Source of the DNA: Gemmatimonadota bacterium
GTDB taxonomy: Bacteria; Gemmatimonadota; Gemmatimonadetes; Palauibacterales; KS3-K002
NCBI GenBank assembly: GCA_039589375.1
Contig: JBDHHL010000001.1
Location: 1 to 39,162 of the forward strand
Direction of reading: 5' to 3'
DNA length: 39,162 nucleotides
A model generated the notes under the pieces. That model was not told the origin of the DNA. It did no database searches and saw only the letters and a list, made by a program, of their open reading frames with translations. Made by a program: the position numbers and the translations under genes. Below, in pieces: positions 9,887 to 19,781 of the stretch. The stretch's first letter is position 1. Each line of letters starts with the position of its first letter.

Positions 9887-10641
9887 GAGCCCAGCACCTC
9901 CAGCAACTCCCTCACTTCGTGTCCACCGGTCAGCTTGAGGAAGATCTCCTCCAGATCCGCGCCCCCGCTCTCCACCTGGCGGCGCAGGTCATCCATACTC
10001 CCCTCAGCTCGGATTTCCCCGCCCTGGATGATCGCGATGCGATCGCAGAGCGCCTCCGCAACCTCCAGTGTGTGAGTGGACATCAGGAGTGTGCCACCCT
10101 TGCCGACGAAGCCGCGGAAGATGTCCTTCAGCATCCGCGCTGCTTTCGGATCGAGGCCGACAAGTGGCTCATCGACCACGATCACTTCCGGCCGGTGGAT
10201 GAGGGCTGATGATATGATCAGCTTCTGCTTCATCCCGTGGCTGTAGGCCTCCAACAACTCGTCGCGCCACGCCGAAAGCTCCCACACACTCAGCAATTCA
10301 TCGATTCGCCTGTCGATTTCATTGCCGTTCTGGCCGTAGAGACCGGCGACGAACCTCAGGAACTCTGCGCCGGTCAACTTCTCGTAGACGAACGGCCGGT
10401 CGGGTATGAAGCCAAGCCGGCTCTTCGCCCGCTCGGGGTCTTTCTGAACGTCGAATCCGCCGAGCGTCACGGTACCTGAGGTCGGCTGCAAGATGCCCGC
10501 GATGATGCGCAGCGCCGTCGTCTTCCCCGCGCCATTCGGCCCCAGCAGGCCGTACAGCATGCCCCGGGGCACTGTCAGGCTGAGATCCTTCAACGCGGTG
10601 AAGTTGCCGTAGTTCTTCGTCAGGTTACTGAGTTGAATCAC
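9883..10641 (-). CDS. ABC transporter ATP-binding protein
   Basis: Walker A GPNGAGKT, signature YSHGMKQK, Walker B VVDEP, H-loop STH. GTG start at 10641 after GGAGG. Confidence 0.95.
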   Translation of the reverse strand: MIQLSNLTKNYGNFTALKDLSLTVPRGMLYGLLGPNGAGKTTALRIIAGILQPTSGTVTLGGFDVQKDPERAKSRLGFIPDRPFVYEKLTGAEFLRFVAGLYGQNGNEIDRRIDELLSVWELSAWRDELLEAYSHGMKQKLIISSALIHRPEVIVVDEPLVGLDPKAARMLKDIFRGFVGKGGTLLMSTHTLEVAEALCDRIAIIQGGEIRAEGSMDDLRRQVESGGADLEEIFLKLTGGHEVRELLEVLGS

Positions 10642-12194
10642 CTTTCCTCCACCTCTACGACGTCCAATCGGAGCTGTCCGATCAGGCGGACGAGTTCCAC
10701 CTGTCGGGCCAACCCTCCCACGACAAAGCGAAGGTGCGACGCGTCGGCCGGGAACTGATCCAGCGTCGGGTCCACCGGTACCCAGCCGCCGAGCCATACC
10801 TCTGGCCAGGCGTGGTAGTAGAAGCTGCCGTGCACGTAGACGAGACCCGCAACCGTTCGAGCTGGCAGTCCGACGGCTCGAGCCATGGCCACATAGAGCA
10901 CCGTGTGCTCGTTGCAGTCGCCCCGACGTGAATCCAGCACCTGCCGAGCGCTGGGCACGCTCAGCGTGATCTGTTTGTCCAGGCTCTCGTGGAGCCAGGC
11001 GGTCAGGCGGGCTGCCGCGACTGTGGGGTCCGACGTGCCACCAATCACCTCTGACGCCGCCCTCCCGATCTCCGGGTCATCCGCTTGAATCAGCGGCGTC
11101 GATTTGAGGACGTCGGGCCAGTCGTCCGCGTCAGCCGGAAGCTCGTAGCCTGCCGACTGCGGCGCGGGGTCTCCTGCTACGAAGAGAGTATTCCCGTCGA
11201 GCCGCTGGCGCTCGCCATCCAGATCGAAGCCTGTCAGGTCAACGTCGAGCAGCCGGACGGCCAATCCCGCCAGACGCTCGCCGCGCGGCAGCTGCACACC
11301 CACCGAGATCGCGGATCGCTCGATGATGTCGGGCACACCCAACTCGGTGGACGTGCCCGCACTCTCCAAGGCTCGGTACTCGTTCCAGGCGATCTCGAAG
11401 GCAGTCCGCTCGATGGTGTACCCGAGTGCGCTCGTCGCTCGCACCACCATACCATCCGGGTCCAGCCAGGACTCCAGCTCCACGCCGCTGAAGCTCTGCT
11501 TGACGCGCCACGTCTCCACGGTGTCGTAACGCGCCGGCACCCACTTCTCGATCTGCTCGTCGAAATCGGCGCTGTCGGGAAAGACAAGTGTCTCTTTCGA
11601 CAGCACCTCCATGGTCACGCGCTGCTTCTCCATGATGCTGGGGTCGAAAACCTCGAAGCTGTACACCTCGCCGGGCTGCGGCTCGCCGCCGAGCGCGAAG
11701 TGTACGGGCATGACCTGAGGCAGAAGGATCGGGCCTTCGGTCGGCAAGGCGAGGGTTTGCTGATCGTCTCCCGCCTCGATCTGCAGATCCAGAAGCGAGT
11801 CGCCCTGCATCACACCCTCAACCCTGAAACTCCCGATATCCGAGCGCAAGGCGAAACGGAAGTCGCGCAGTTCGAGGCTCTCCCCCAAGCGAACCTCCGT
11901 TCGGGCCGTCGCCGGCAATTCACTGCCGAATGCCCTGATATGTAGCCGCATGTCGTCATCGAGTACGAAGCCCTCCGGCACGGTGTCGATTCGCGACGCG
12001 GCATACCCGATCGGCGCGCCCCCAAGCTTGATCGAATAGAAAGATGCGCTGGGAATGAGGTTCGCGGATGCCTCGGCCAGACGGACGGTCACCGGCCTGT
12101 AGTACTCTCGGCGCAGATGCCAGGCCAGCACAGCGACCCAGACCGCAAGTACCGCGACGCCGGCCAGGCGCCATCTGCGTCGCAGGCTCACCAC
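10638..12194 (-). CDS. Transglutaminase-like domain protein with N-terminal membrane anchor
   Basis: Catalytic triad motifs GDCNEH, YHAWPEV and VDPT; N-terminal hydrophobic helix. Confidence 0.88.
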   Translation of the reverse strand: MVSLRRRWRLAGVAVLAVWVAVLAWHLRREYYRPVTVRLAEASANLIPSASFYSIKLGGAPIGYAASRIDTVPEGFVLDDDMRLHIRAFGSELPATARTEVRLGESLELRDFRFALRSDIGSFRVEGVMQGDSLLDLQIEAGDDQQTLALPTEGPILLPQVMPVHFALGGEPQPGEVYSFEVFDPSIMEKQRVTMEVLSKETLVFPDSADFDEQIEKWVPARYDTVETWRVKQSFSGVELESWLDPDGMVVRATSALGYTIERTAFEIAWNEYRALESAGTSTELGVPDIIERSAISVGVQLPRGERLAGLAVRLLDVDLTGFDLDGERQRLDGNTLFVAGDPAPQSAGYELPADADDWPDVLKSTPLIQADDPEIGRAASEVIGGTSDPTVAAARLTAWLHESLDKQITLSVPSARQVLDSRRGDCNEHTVLYVAMARAVGLPARTVAGLVYVHGSFYYHAWPEVWLGGWVPVDPTLDQFPADASHLRFVVGGLARQVELVRLIGQLRLDVVEVEER

Positions 12195-12898
12195 CTACCC
12201 AGCTCTTTCGCCTTCCGATACATGACCTCGGCCATGTCCGGCTGCTTCTTGCGGTCGCACAGGATTCCCATGGTGTAGAACGTGCGCGGGCTGGGCCTCA
12301 ACTCGGCGGAGCGTTCCAGCGCCTCCATGGCTGCCTCGATCTCGTCCAGGTGATTCAGCGCCTCGCCCAGATAGTGGTAGGCGTTGGCACGCGACGGGTC
12401 GAGCTCGGTAGCCCGCCTCAGCTCCACAGCCGCCTCCGCGTAGAGCCCTTTCTTGAAGTAGACAAGCCCGAGGTTCTCACGGGCATCGGCGTTTTGCGGA
12501 TCGGCGTGCAAAGCCTGGCCCAGCCGCTCCTCGGCATCGCGATAGCGGCCCAGCGACGCCTGCACTGCCGCGATGTTGCACTGGAGTCGAACGTCGTCCG
12601 GATCGAGTTCTTCAGCGGCTAGATACTCTGCCAATGCCGCCTCGTAGTTGCCCAGTTGATCGTACAGGACGCCCAGGTTATTGCGGGCCCGCAAGTGACT
12701 CGGGTCGATGGCAAGAAGGTCGCCGTATACGCGAGCCGCATCGTGCAGAGACCCTTCGTCGCTGAGCTTTCTGGCACGCCGGTAAAGTTCCTCGACCGCG
12801 GGTTCCGTTTGCGCCCGGTCCAGCTCGCTGGACTTTTCCGCGTCGACGGAGTTCATCGGCTCCTGCCGCGGGTCATTCTCTTTTTCAGCAGTCGGCAT
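12188..12898 (-). CDS. Tetratricopeptide repeat protein
   Basis: Repeated 34-aa units (ARNNLGVLY, ARENLGLVY, AYHYLGEAL). ATG at 12898 overlaps the cutA stop. Confidence 0.85.
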   Translation of the reverse strand: MPTAEKENDPRQEPMNSVDAEKSSELDRAQTEPAVEELYRRARKLSDEGSLHDAARVYGDLLAIDPSHLRARNNLGVLYDQLGNYEAALAEYLAAEELDPDDVRLQCNIAAVQASLGRYRDAEERLGQALHADPQNADARENLGLVYFKKGLYAEAAVELRRATELDPSRANAYHYLGEALNHLDEIEAAMEALERSAELRPSPRTFYTMGILCDRKKQPDMAEVMYRKAKELGRW

Positions 12899-13230
12899 CA
12901 CCCGCGCTCCGTTTCGGCCCGTACCCAATCGAGATAGGGCTCGAACCCAGCCACGATCTCGGTTGCGATCACCTCGGGAACTTCGTAGGGGTGGAGGCTG
13001 CGGACTTTCTCCGCCAGAGTCCCTACATCTTCTCCTCGCGCCTTCAGCAGCATCAGGACTTCGTCAGATTCCTCGATCTCGCCCTGCCACCAATACAGCG
13101 ACCGGAGGCCCGGTACTATGTTGACACACGCTACGAGCCGGTCCGCCAGAAGCTGCCGCGCGATTTCGGCAGCAGCCTTCCCGTCCGGTGCTGTTACAAG
13201 GACGACGACAGTGTTGTTCCGTTTCGACAT
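12898..13230 (-). CDS. cutA: Divalent-cation tolerance protein CutA
   Basis: LVACVNI, SLYWWQG, HPYEVPE motifs; 110 aa. Confidence 0.95.
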   Translation of the reverse strand: MSKRNNTVVVLVTAPDGKAAAEIARQLLADRLVACVNIVPGLRSLYWWQGEIEESDEVLMLLKARGEDVGTLAEKVRSLHPYEVPEVIATEIVAGFEPYLDWVRAETERG

Positions 13231-13364
13231 ATTCTATCAGCGGTGATGAAATCGCTGCCGGATGGTGGTAGGAAAAGCGGGGACGATCGGACACCTGAAA
13301 GGTTAATCTACTCCACCCCGATTTGCTTGTCCACTTCCACGTCGGGAAGTCGACAGGCAACCGG

Positions 13365-15218
13365 CTATCTTCCCTCGTACAGCCGCTCGATGACGTCCCT
13401 GTAGTTCGACTCGACGACGCGACGCTTGACCTTGAGGGTCGGCGTGATCTCACCGCGCTCGAGGGAAAGCTCACGCCGTAGGAGCGCCACCCTCTTCGGC
13501 CGCTCGAAAAGGGCCACGCCGGACAGTGTCCCGAGGACTTCCTTCTCGACGAACGCGGCGACCCGAACGTCCCCGGCCAGTTCCTCCTGGGACCCAAAAT
13601 CGATCCGCTGAGACTTCGCCCAATTCACCAGCGCGTCGAAGTCCGGAACGACTAGTAGAACCGGGAATTTGCGGCGATCACCGATCATGACCACCTGATT
13701 CACGTACAGGCTGTTCTTGACACGGTTCTCGATCGGTTGCGGTGCGATGTTCTTTCCGCCGGTGGTGACGATGAGGTCCTTCTTCCGGTCTGTGATCGAG
13801 AGTCGGCCATCTTCGCCGATTTCCCCAACATCTCCCGTGTGGAACCAGCCGTCGGGTTCGATGGCGGCGGCCGTCTCCTCCGGCATCTTGTAGTAGCCCT
13901 TCATGACGTGCGGCCCGCGCGTCAAGATCTCTCCGTCCTCGGCAATCGCTATCTCCACTCCCGGGAGCGGTCGCCCGACGGTCCCCAGTCCGATGTCAGC
14001 GAAGTTGTTCAGCGCGATTACCGGTGATGTCTCCGTCAGCCCGTACCCCTCCAGCATCGTCAGACCGGCCGAGAGAAAGAAACGGCCGGTTTCCGGGCTC
14101 AAGGGCGCGCCGCCGGAGACAAACAGCCGCATGCGCCCCCCGAGTGATTGGCGCAGCTTCGAGAAGACCAAGCGGTCGGCGATTCGCGATTGGAGCCCTA
14201 GCAGTGGACCGACTCGCCTTCCCGCCAGGACCCGGTCTACGCGCTTGCCTCCCACACCGAGTGCCCAATGCAGAATCCGCTTCTTCGCCGCACCACCCGC
14301 CCGCGCCGTCTGTTCGACTTGCGCCACGAGCTTCTCGTAGACACGCGGAACGAGCGTCATTGCGGTGGGCTGTACCTCCCTGAAGTTGGAGCCGAGCCTG
14401 GCGAAGGACTCGGCATAGCAGATCGTGGCCCCGGCGCTGAACATGACGTAGTGACCGGCCATCCGCTCGAAGATGTGGCTTAGCGGAAGCGCCGAGAGCG
14501 ATATGTCTTCCGGCGTGATCTTGAGCACCTCCAGAGCGGCGCGGACGTTCGAGGCCAAGTTCTGATGGGTTAGCATGACACCCTTTGGCTGGCCCGTCGT
14601 GCCCGACGTGTACAGGATCGTCAACAGATCGTGGGGATCCGTAGCCAGCGCCCGCGCTCGGTACTCCTCGTCATCGGTTTCCGGCAGCCTCGTATCCCCA
14701 AGCTCGAGCAGATCTCGAAACTGCATTACCCCTGGTTCGGTCGCCGACAGGTCATCGTATGTGATGACGTGCTCTACCGAAGTGATCTGCGTTCTCAGTT
14801 CGCGCACTTTGGCCAATTGATCGGCGCTGGAGACGAAGACAGCCTTCGCCTGACTGTCCCGAAACATGTACGCGAGCTGGTCCGCAGGTAGAGAGGGATA
14901 GAGCGGTACGCTTATCGTGCCGCTCATTACGCAGGCGAAATCGGAAAGTAGCCACTCCGGACGATTCTCGGACAGTATCGCCACCCGCTCTCCCCGGGCG
15001 ATACCGAGCGCCTCAATCCCGAGAGCCGCTCGTTTGACATCCCGATACAGCCGCTCGTGCGAGAGGGCGCGCCAGTCACCATCGCGCTTGTACATCACGG
15101 CCTCGGGCCTGTTGTGCCTGTCAATCGCTCCCAAGAACAGTCCGGCCATGTTCCCGTCCGGGATGCGGCCAGGTGTACTTGCGGTGCGCGTTATCCGTAC
15201 GTTTCGCTCGGGTGACAC
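13365..15218 (-). CDS. Long-chain fatty-acid-CoA ligase (AMP-binding)
   Basis: YTSGTTGQPKG, EGYGLTE, WFHTGD, RKKD, TPTLKVKR. Confidence 0.92.
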   Translation of the reverse strand: MSPERNVRITRTASTPGRIPDGNMAGLFLGAIDRHNRPEAVMYKRDGDWRALSHERLYRDVKRAALGIEALGIARGERVAILSENRPEWLLSDFACVMSGTISVPLYPSLPADQLAYMFRDSQAKAVFVSSADQLAKVRELRTQITSVEHVITYDDLSATEPGVMQFRDLLELGDTRLPETDDEEYRARALATDPHDLLTILYTSGTTGQPKGVMLTHQNLASNVRAALEVLKITPEDISLSALPLSHIFERMAGHYVMFSAGATICYAESFARLGSNFREVQPTAMTLVPRVYEKLVAQVEQTARAGGAAKKRILHWALGVGGKRVDRVLAGRRVGPLLGLQSRIADRLVFSKLRQSLGGRMRLFVSGGAPLSPETGRFFLSAGLTMLEGYGLTETSPVIALNNFADIGLGTVGRPLPGVEIAIAEDGEILTRGPHVMKGYYKMPEETAAAIEPDGWFHTGDVGEIGEDGRLSITDRKKDLIVTTGGKNIAPQPIENRVKNSLYVNQVVMIGDRRKFPVLLVVPDFDALVNWAKSQRIDFGSQEELAGDVRVAAFVEKEVLGTLSGVALFERPKRVALLRRELSLERGEITPTLKVKRRVVESNYRDVIERLYEGR

Positions 15219-15220
15219 GG

Positions 15221-15673
15221 CTATTCTCCTGACGCGGCCCCGGGTTCTTCGTCAAACGCCTCACCGGCCTCGAGCTGTTCCAGAGTCCGCCGCGCGTGCT
15301 CGATGTGCGCCGTGGCCTCCTCGCCGCTCGGCGGCCGCCTGAGAAACGCCTCCAGATGCGCGTGGGCTCTCTCGGGCTCGCCTCCCCGAAGGAAGAGAAA
15401 CGCCAGCCCGTAGTGAGCGGCTGCCGAATCTTCTCCGATCTTGATCGCCTCCTCGTAGTACTTGACCGCCTCGTCCAGCATCCCGATGCGGGTGTAGATC
15501 ACGGCCATCTGCTGCAGGATCTCGGGATCTTCGGGCTGTCGCCTCAGTGCCAGACGAAACGAAGTCAGCGCCTCGTGATACTTCTCCTCGCTCGCCAGCC
15601 TGTGCCCTTCCCGGCAGTAATCAGGAGGCTCACCGAGCCACTTTTGACGCTTCGAGAACGGCCACCATTTCAT
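15221..15673 (-). CDS. Tetratricopeptide repeat protein
   Basis: TPR-like helices (ILQQMAVIY, AHYGLAFLF). ATG at 15673 (MKWWPF) avoids overlap with the upstream gene. Confidence 0.8.
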   Translation of the reverse strand: MKWWPFSKRQKWLGEPPDYCREGHRLASEEKYHEALTSFRLALRRQPEDPEILQQMAVIYTRIGMLDEAVKYYEEAIKIGEDSAAAHYGLAFLFLRGGEPERAHAHLEAFLRRPPSGEEATAHIEHARRTLEQLEAGEAFDEEPGAASGE

Positions 15674-15701
15674 GCGACCACCATTCCTGCCGGTCGTTGT
15701 T

Positions 15702-16343
15702 TCACCCGACCACCGGGAGAGAGCCGGTCTTCCGTTTGGCGACTGCGGTGTTGCTTTCGGCCGCCAGAACACTGAAGCCCGAACGCTTCGCCTCTTCGAT
15801 ATCGTCCTCCGTCGCATCGAACAGCAGCAGCCTTCCGTCCGCGCTGACCCGCCTGGCTGCATCAGCTACCAGCCCGCCGTCGCCACCGGGAGCGATAGCC
15901 ACGCAACCCACCTGGCGTTCTGCCACCGGGAATCCCGCATCACACAGGACCGCACTCACACCGGAGCGCCCGACGAGGCCCTGGATCGCTCCAGCCACGA
16001 CTATGACCTCTAGTTCCGGTGCAATATTGGCGATCGCCGACGCCGCGTGGGCCAGCCTCTCTCCGAGCAGCAAGTATCCGCGCTCCTCCGCCAGACCCGA
16101 AAGCGCGAGGATCTTCAAGGGAAGCTCTTCATCGGCGAATGCGGGACGGGTTGCGTTCTCCGCTTCCGTACCTACCCGCAGGTCCGCGATGCAGTCCACC
16201 ACCGGGTAATCGTGCCGGCAATTCGGGCAACCCAGCCAACCGTTGCGAACCCTGCGCTCCTCGACCTCTTTCACCAGCAAAACCAAGCCGTGCCCCGGCC
16301 CGCAGCGAGGACAGGTGAGCAGGTCTGTCAGCTCAAAGAACAC
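15702..16343 (-). CDS. Trm112-like zinc-ribbon protein with a degenerate methyltransferase-like C-terminal domain
   Basis: LLTCPRC...GWLGCPNCRHDYPVVDCIADL is Trm112-like. The C-terminus (FPV....V.CV, AARRVSADGRLLL) resembles class I methyltransferase motifs II/III but lacks GxGxG. Confidence 0.6.
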   Translation of the reverse strand: MFFELTDLLTCPRCGPGHGLVLLVKEVEERRVRNGWLGCPNCRHDYPVVDCIADLRVGTEAENATRPAFADEELPLKILALSGLAEERGYLLLGERLAHAASAIANIAPELEVIVVAGAIQGLVGRSGVSAVLCDAGFPVAERQVGCVAIAPGGDGGLVADAARRVSADGRLLLFDATEDDIEEAKRSGFSVLAAESNTAVAKRKTGSLPVVG

Positions 16344-17574
16344 GATCCACTTCGGAAAGGGCCCAGCGGTAGAGCATGTCCCCAGCCAGTTTTATGTCTT
16401 CCTTCCGCGAATCTTCATCCGGTCGATGGCTCACACCTTTGAGACTCGGAATGAAGAAGAGGCCGGCGGGCGCTACGCGAGCCACCGACATGGCATCGTG
16501 ACCCGCCATCGAGACCAGACGCATGGACTCGACGCTGTGCTTTTGGCAAAGCTCTTCCAACCGCCCGGTTATCTGCTCCGACATCGCGGTCGGACGTATG
16601 GACGAGATCGAGGCCATCTCCAATCCCACGCCGGGAGCGCGCGGCCCCGTTGTGGCCACCAGTTCCTTCAGCCGGCGGGCGATCTCGTCTTGCTCGCGCT
16701 CGCTCTGGGCTCGATGCTCGATGATGGCCCAGGCCCGATCCGGGATCACGTTGGCAACGCCGGGCGTCACACCCATGGCACCGCACGTGATCACGCCGCC
16801 TTCGACTCCGCGCACGAGTTGAGGCAGTCGTCCCACCATTCCCGCGATCGGCACCAGCGCATCGCGCCGCTCGCGCATCGGCGTAGTGCCGGCGTGGTTC
16901 AACTCGCCCATGCTGTCCAGCCGCCACCGTCTGATTCCCGCGATATGGGTAACGAGACCGATCCGCTTACCGGCCTCGATCAGCCGTGAGCCTTGCTCGA
17001 TGTGCGCCTCGAGGTAGGCCCCAACCTCGATCGGCGGCTTGTACCGGAACCTCGCCACGTACTCACCCGTCTCGCGGCTGCGGCGCGGCTTCTTCTGCAG
17101 TCCCCGTTCCGCAAGGAAATCACCCAGCATCATGCCGTCCCGGTCTCGGATCGTCGTCAGCTCCTCATCGCTGACCTGGCCCGCGAATGCTCTCGAACCG
17201 AAGAGCCCGTTGCCAAACCGATGACCTTCCTCATCGGCCCAGATGGCGACCGCTATCCTCGCCTCGCGGCGCTTGCTCAAGACTCGTTGCATCGCGAAGA
17301 GGGCGCCGGCGACGCCCAGTGCGCCATCGAGCCAGCCGCCATTAGGCACCGTATCCAGGTGAGAGCCCAATAGCACGTAGGCTCCCTTGTGTTCCCCGTT
17401 CACCAGGAACGTGTTACCGGCCTGGTCACGGATCTTCCTTACGCGCCGGCTACGCGAGAAGGCGGCGCACGCGGCCGCGTGCGCCTTGTCCTCCCAGTCG
17501 CTGTGCCCAAGGCGAGTCACACCCTCCTTGGTGGCGCTTATCTTTTGGAACTTCTTGAGATGGCTAAGTATCAT
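16333..17574 (-). CDS. Zn-dependent amidohydrolase (N-carbamoyl-amino-acid / allantoate amidohydrolase family, M20)
   Basis: GSHLDTVPNGG.LDG, DEEG.RF, EAHIEQG, HAGTTPM, AGHDA, SH.PDE. Confidence 0.9.
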   Translation of the reverse strand: MILSHLKKFQKISATKEGVTRLGHSDWEDKAHAAACAAFSRSRRVRKIRDQAGNTFLVNGEHKGAYVLLGSHLDTVPNGGWLDGALGVAGALFAMQRVLSKRREARIAVAIWADEEGHRFGNGLFGSRAFAGQVSDEELTTIRDRDGMMLGDFLAERGLQKKPRRSRETGEYVARFRYKPPIEVGAYLEAHIEQGSRLIEAGKRIGLVTHIAGIRRWRLDSMGELNHAGTTPMRERRDALVPIAGMVGRLPQLVRGVEGGVITCGAMGVTPGVANVIPDRAWAIIEHRAQSEREQDEIARRLKELVATTGPRAPGVGLEMASISSIRPTAMSEQITGRLEELCQKHSVESMRLVSMAGHDAMSVARVAPAGLFFIPSLKGVSHRPDEDSRKEDIKLAGDMLYRWALSEVDRVL

Positions 17575-17625
17575 GGTCCGCTTACCCAGTCAGTAGTTGC
17601 CGGCCCCCACATCTTGACTTTCGAT

Positions 17626-18378
17626 TCAACCGTCGATCCGCTCTCGGCGCGACACGTTCGACCTGATCACAATCTCCTCCACCGCTACAGAACTCGGCTG
17701 TGCGATTGCGAAGGACACCGCATCCGCGACCGCCTCGGGTGGAAGCATGTCCGCCCGCGACGGAAGATCCTCGCGCGCGTCGGGATCGATGGCATCCCAC
17801 AATGGCGTGTTCACGGCCGACGGCTCGATCCACGTCGACCGCACACCCGTGCCGCGCAGTTCCTCAACCAGCACTTCGTGCAACCCGCGTAACCCGTACT
17901 TGGAAGCCGAATACGCCGCATTGCCCGGAAACGCCTTGCGCCCGGCGATCGAGCCGACGTTCACGATGTGGCCCGACCCGCGCGATAGCATCCCCGGCAG
18001 ACACAGACGCGTTAGCTCGAACGGGCCTCGTAGGTTGACCGCTATTAGACGCTCGAATACAGCAGGGTCGGTCTCGCCGAATGCAGCCAGCGCGAAGGCC
18101 CCCGCGTTATTGATCAGGACATCCGGAGCTTCGCTCCACTCCTCTTCGATTACCGCCGCAAGCCGCTCTTGAAAGGCGGCGTCCGTCAGATCGCCAGCCA
18201 CCGCCGTACCGCCCAGCCTTCCCGCCGCTTCCGCCAGCGGGTCCGCCCGACGCGCGACTAGGATCAGCTTTGCGCCGACGCGAGCCAGGCGATCGGCCAC
18301 TGCCCGCCCGATCCCGCTCGTAGCTCCCGTAATGACAATTCTCTGCCCGGACAGCGGCTCCCGCTCCGTCCTAGTCAC
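17626..18378 (-). CDS. SDR oxidoreductase, sepiapterin-reductase-like
   Basis: [20 protein letters not shown] start overlaps the folE stop (GTGA). The SDR call is firm; the sepiapterin reductase role is inferred from context and recalled similarity. Confidence 0.8.
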   Translation of the reverse strand: MTRTEREPLSGQRIVITGATSGIGRAVADRLARVGAKLILVARRADPLAEAAGRLGGTAVAGDLTDAAFQERLAAVIEEEWSEAPDVLINNAGAFALAAFGETDPAVFERLIAVNLRGPFELTRLCLPGMLSRGSGHIVNVGSIAGRKAFPGNAAYSASKYGLRGLHEVLVEELRGTGVRSTWIEPSAVNTPLWDAIDPDAREDLPSRADMLPPEAVADAVSFAIAQPSSVAVEEIVIRSNVSRRERIDG

Positions 18379-18950
18379 GAGTGGAGGGCTTGAGAGGCTA
18401 CGAGCCGCAAGAACTCTTCCCGGGTTCGCAGATCCTCCTTGAAGACGCCCCGGACCGCGCTGGTGATCGTCTTCGAGCTCTGCTTCTCGACCCCGCGCAT
18501 CATCATGCACAAGTGCATCGCTTCGATGACCACACCGACGCCTTTCGGCTCGAGAACGTCTTGGATCGCACACGCCACCTGGTCCGTCAGACGCTCCTGA
18601 ACCTGGAGACGGCGCGCGAACACCTCCACGATTCGCGGCAGTTTACTGAATCCGACGATCCGGCCGTCCGGGATATAAGCGATATGTGCCTTTCCGAAGA
18701 ACGGAAGCAGATGGTGCTCGCACATCGAGTAGATCTCGATGTCCTTCACGATCACCATCTCGTCGTGTTCAGCTTCGAAAACCCCGTTGCCGATGACACC
18801 CTCGACGGTCATTCCGTAGCCGCGTGTGAGCCAGCGCAGAGACTGCCCGACACGCTTAGGAGTATCCGCCAAACCCGAGCGCTCGGGATCCTCGCCCAAC
18901 AGCCGCAGCTGTTCACGGATGTGATACTCGAGACCCGACTTCCCTGTCAT
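18375..18950 (-). CDS. folE: GTP cyclohydrolase I
   Basis: [38 protein letters not shown]. Confidence 0.96.
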   Translation of the reverse strand: MTGKSGLEYHIREQLRLLGEDPERSGLADTPKRVGQSLRWLTRGYGMTVEGVIGNGVFEAEHDEMVIVKDIEIYSMCEHHLLPFFGKAHIAYIPDGRIVGFSKLPRIVEVFARRLQVQERLTDQVACAIQDVLEPKGVGVVIEAMHLCMMMRGVEKQSSKTITSAVRGVFKEDLRTREEFLRLVASQALHS

Positions 18951-19012
18951 CTCAGAGACGCTCCGTGATAATCGTTGCACTGCCCCGCCGGCCGGCACCG
19001 TCTTCGTTCAGA

Positions 19013-19426
19013 TCACTCCCCGTAGTACTCGACGAAGTTGCGTTCCGACTCGGAGACCATCACACGCTGTAACATCCCTTCCGGCAGTGCCGCCTCGAGA
19101 CGGCGCCAAACCTCCACCGCAATATTCTCCGCCGTTGGAACGACTCCCTGCATCCACGGGACATCGACGTTCAGATTCGCGTGGTCCACATCCTCGAGGA
19201 CAACCTCCTCGACCAGCCGCTTCAACCGCTTCAAATCGAACACGTAACCCGACTTCGGGTCCACTTCACCTCTCAGCGTCACCTCGAGCCCGTAATTGTG
19301 ACCGTGGCCGCTCGGGTTGTTACACAACCCAAAGACCTCCCGGTTCTCCGCGTCCGAAAGCTCCGGGTTATGTAACCGGTGACCGGCGCTGAAGTGGAGC
19401 CGCCGCGTGACTCTGACGATAGGCAT
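19013..19426 (-). CDS. 6-pyruvoyl-tetrahydropterin synthase family protein (COG0720), PTPS-II-type motif
   Basis: FSAGHRL, CNNPSGHGHNY (Cx5HGH), DH..LN, TAENIA, SE..N. Confidence 0.9.
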   Translation of the reverse strand: MPIVRVTRRLHFSAGHRLHNPELSDAENREVFGLCNNPSGHGHNYGLEVTLRGEVDPKSGYVFDLKRLKRLVEEVVLEDVDHANLNVDVPWMQGVVPTAENIAVEVWRRLEAALPEGMLQRVMVSESERNFVEYYGE

Positions 19427-19569
19427 TGGTTAAGCAGGCCACATAAAATCTGTGCCGTCGCCGACCAATTCTCCGACTCGGGCTGATAACCGTAGGATTT
19501 TGCCCGTAACTTAGGCCATTCGGGGGGTCGATGCCAGTTGTCGGCAGGAATCCGCCACCCTCACCGGCA

Positions 19570-19604
19570 ATAAAACGCCGACCCCCGATGACTCGGGGGC
19601 CGGC
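19570..19604 (-). terminator. Rho-independent terminator downstream of the 6S-like RNA
   Basis: Minus strand GCCGGCCCCCGA-GTCA-TCGGGGGTCGGC followed by GTTTTATT. Confidence 0.85.
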
Positions 19605-19775
19605 TCTGCGAAGGTTGGGCTGCAGGGCATTCAATGAAGCCCTCATGCAACCTTTGGTACCCTCTCCACGACGTTCCGTCTTCCCTGTAGGGGGCATGAC
19701 GTTTGTCGAAGAAGCTCGGGCCCAAACATTCCTGTGTTGGCTCAAGAACGGGTCGCTGCAGCCTTCGCTTCGACT
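19605..19775 (-). ncRNA. ssrS: Probable 6S RNA
   Basis: About 170-nt non-coding unit between a promoter and a terminator. The ends pair (GCGAAGG-CTGCAG ... CTGCAG-CCCAA-CCTTCGC). CTTGAGCCAACA...TTTGGG and GAGGGTACCAAAGGTTGCA resemble the 6S central-bubble flanks as I recall them. Confidence 0.75.
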
Positions 19776-19781
19776 GTCTCA

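Noticed and set aside
19013-19426. queD gene symbol
   Set aside because: The motif is Cx5HGH rather than Cx3HGH, and no queC/queE/queF genes are adjacent.
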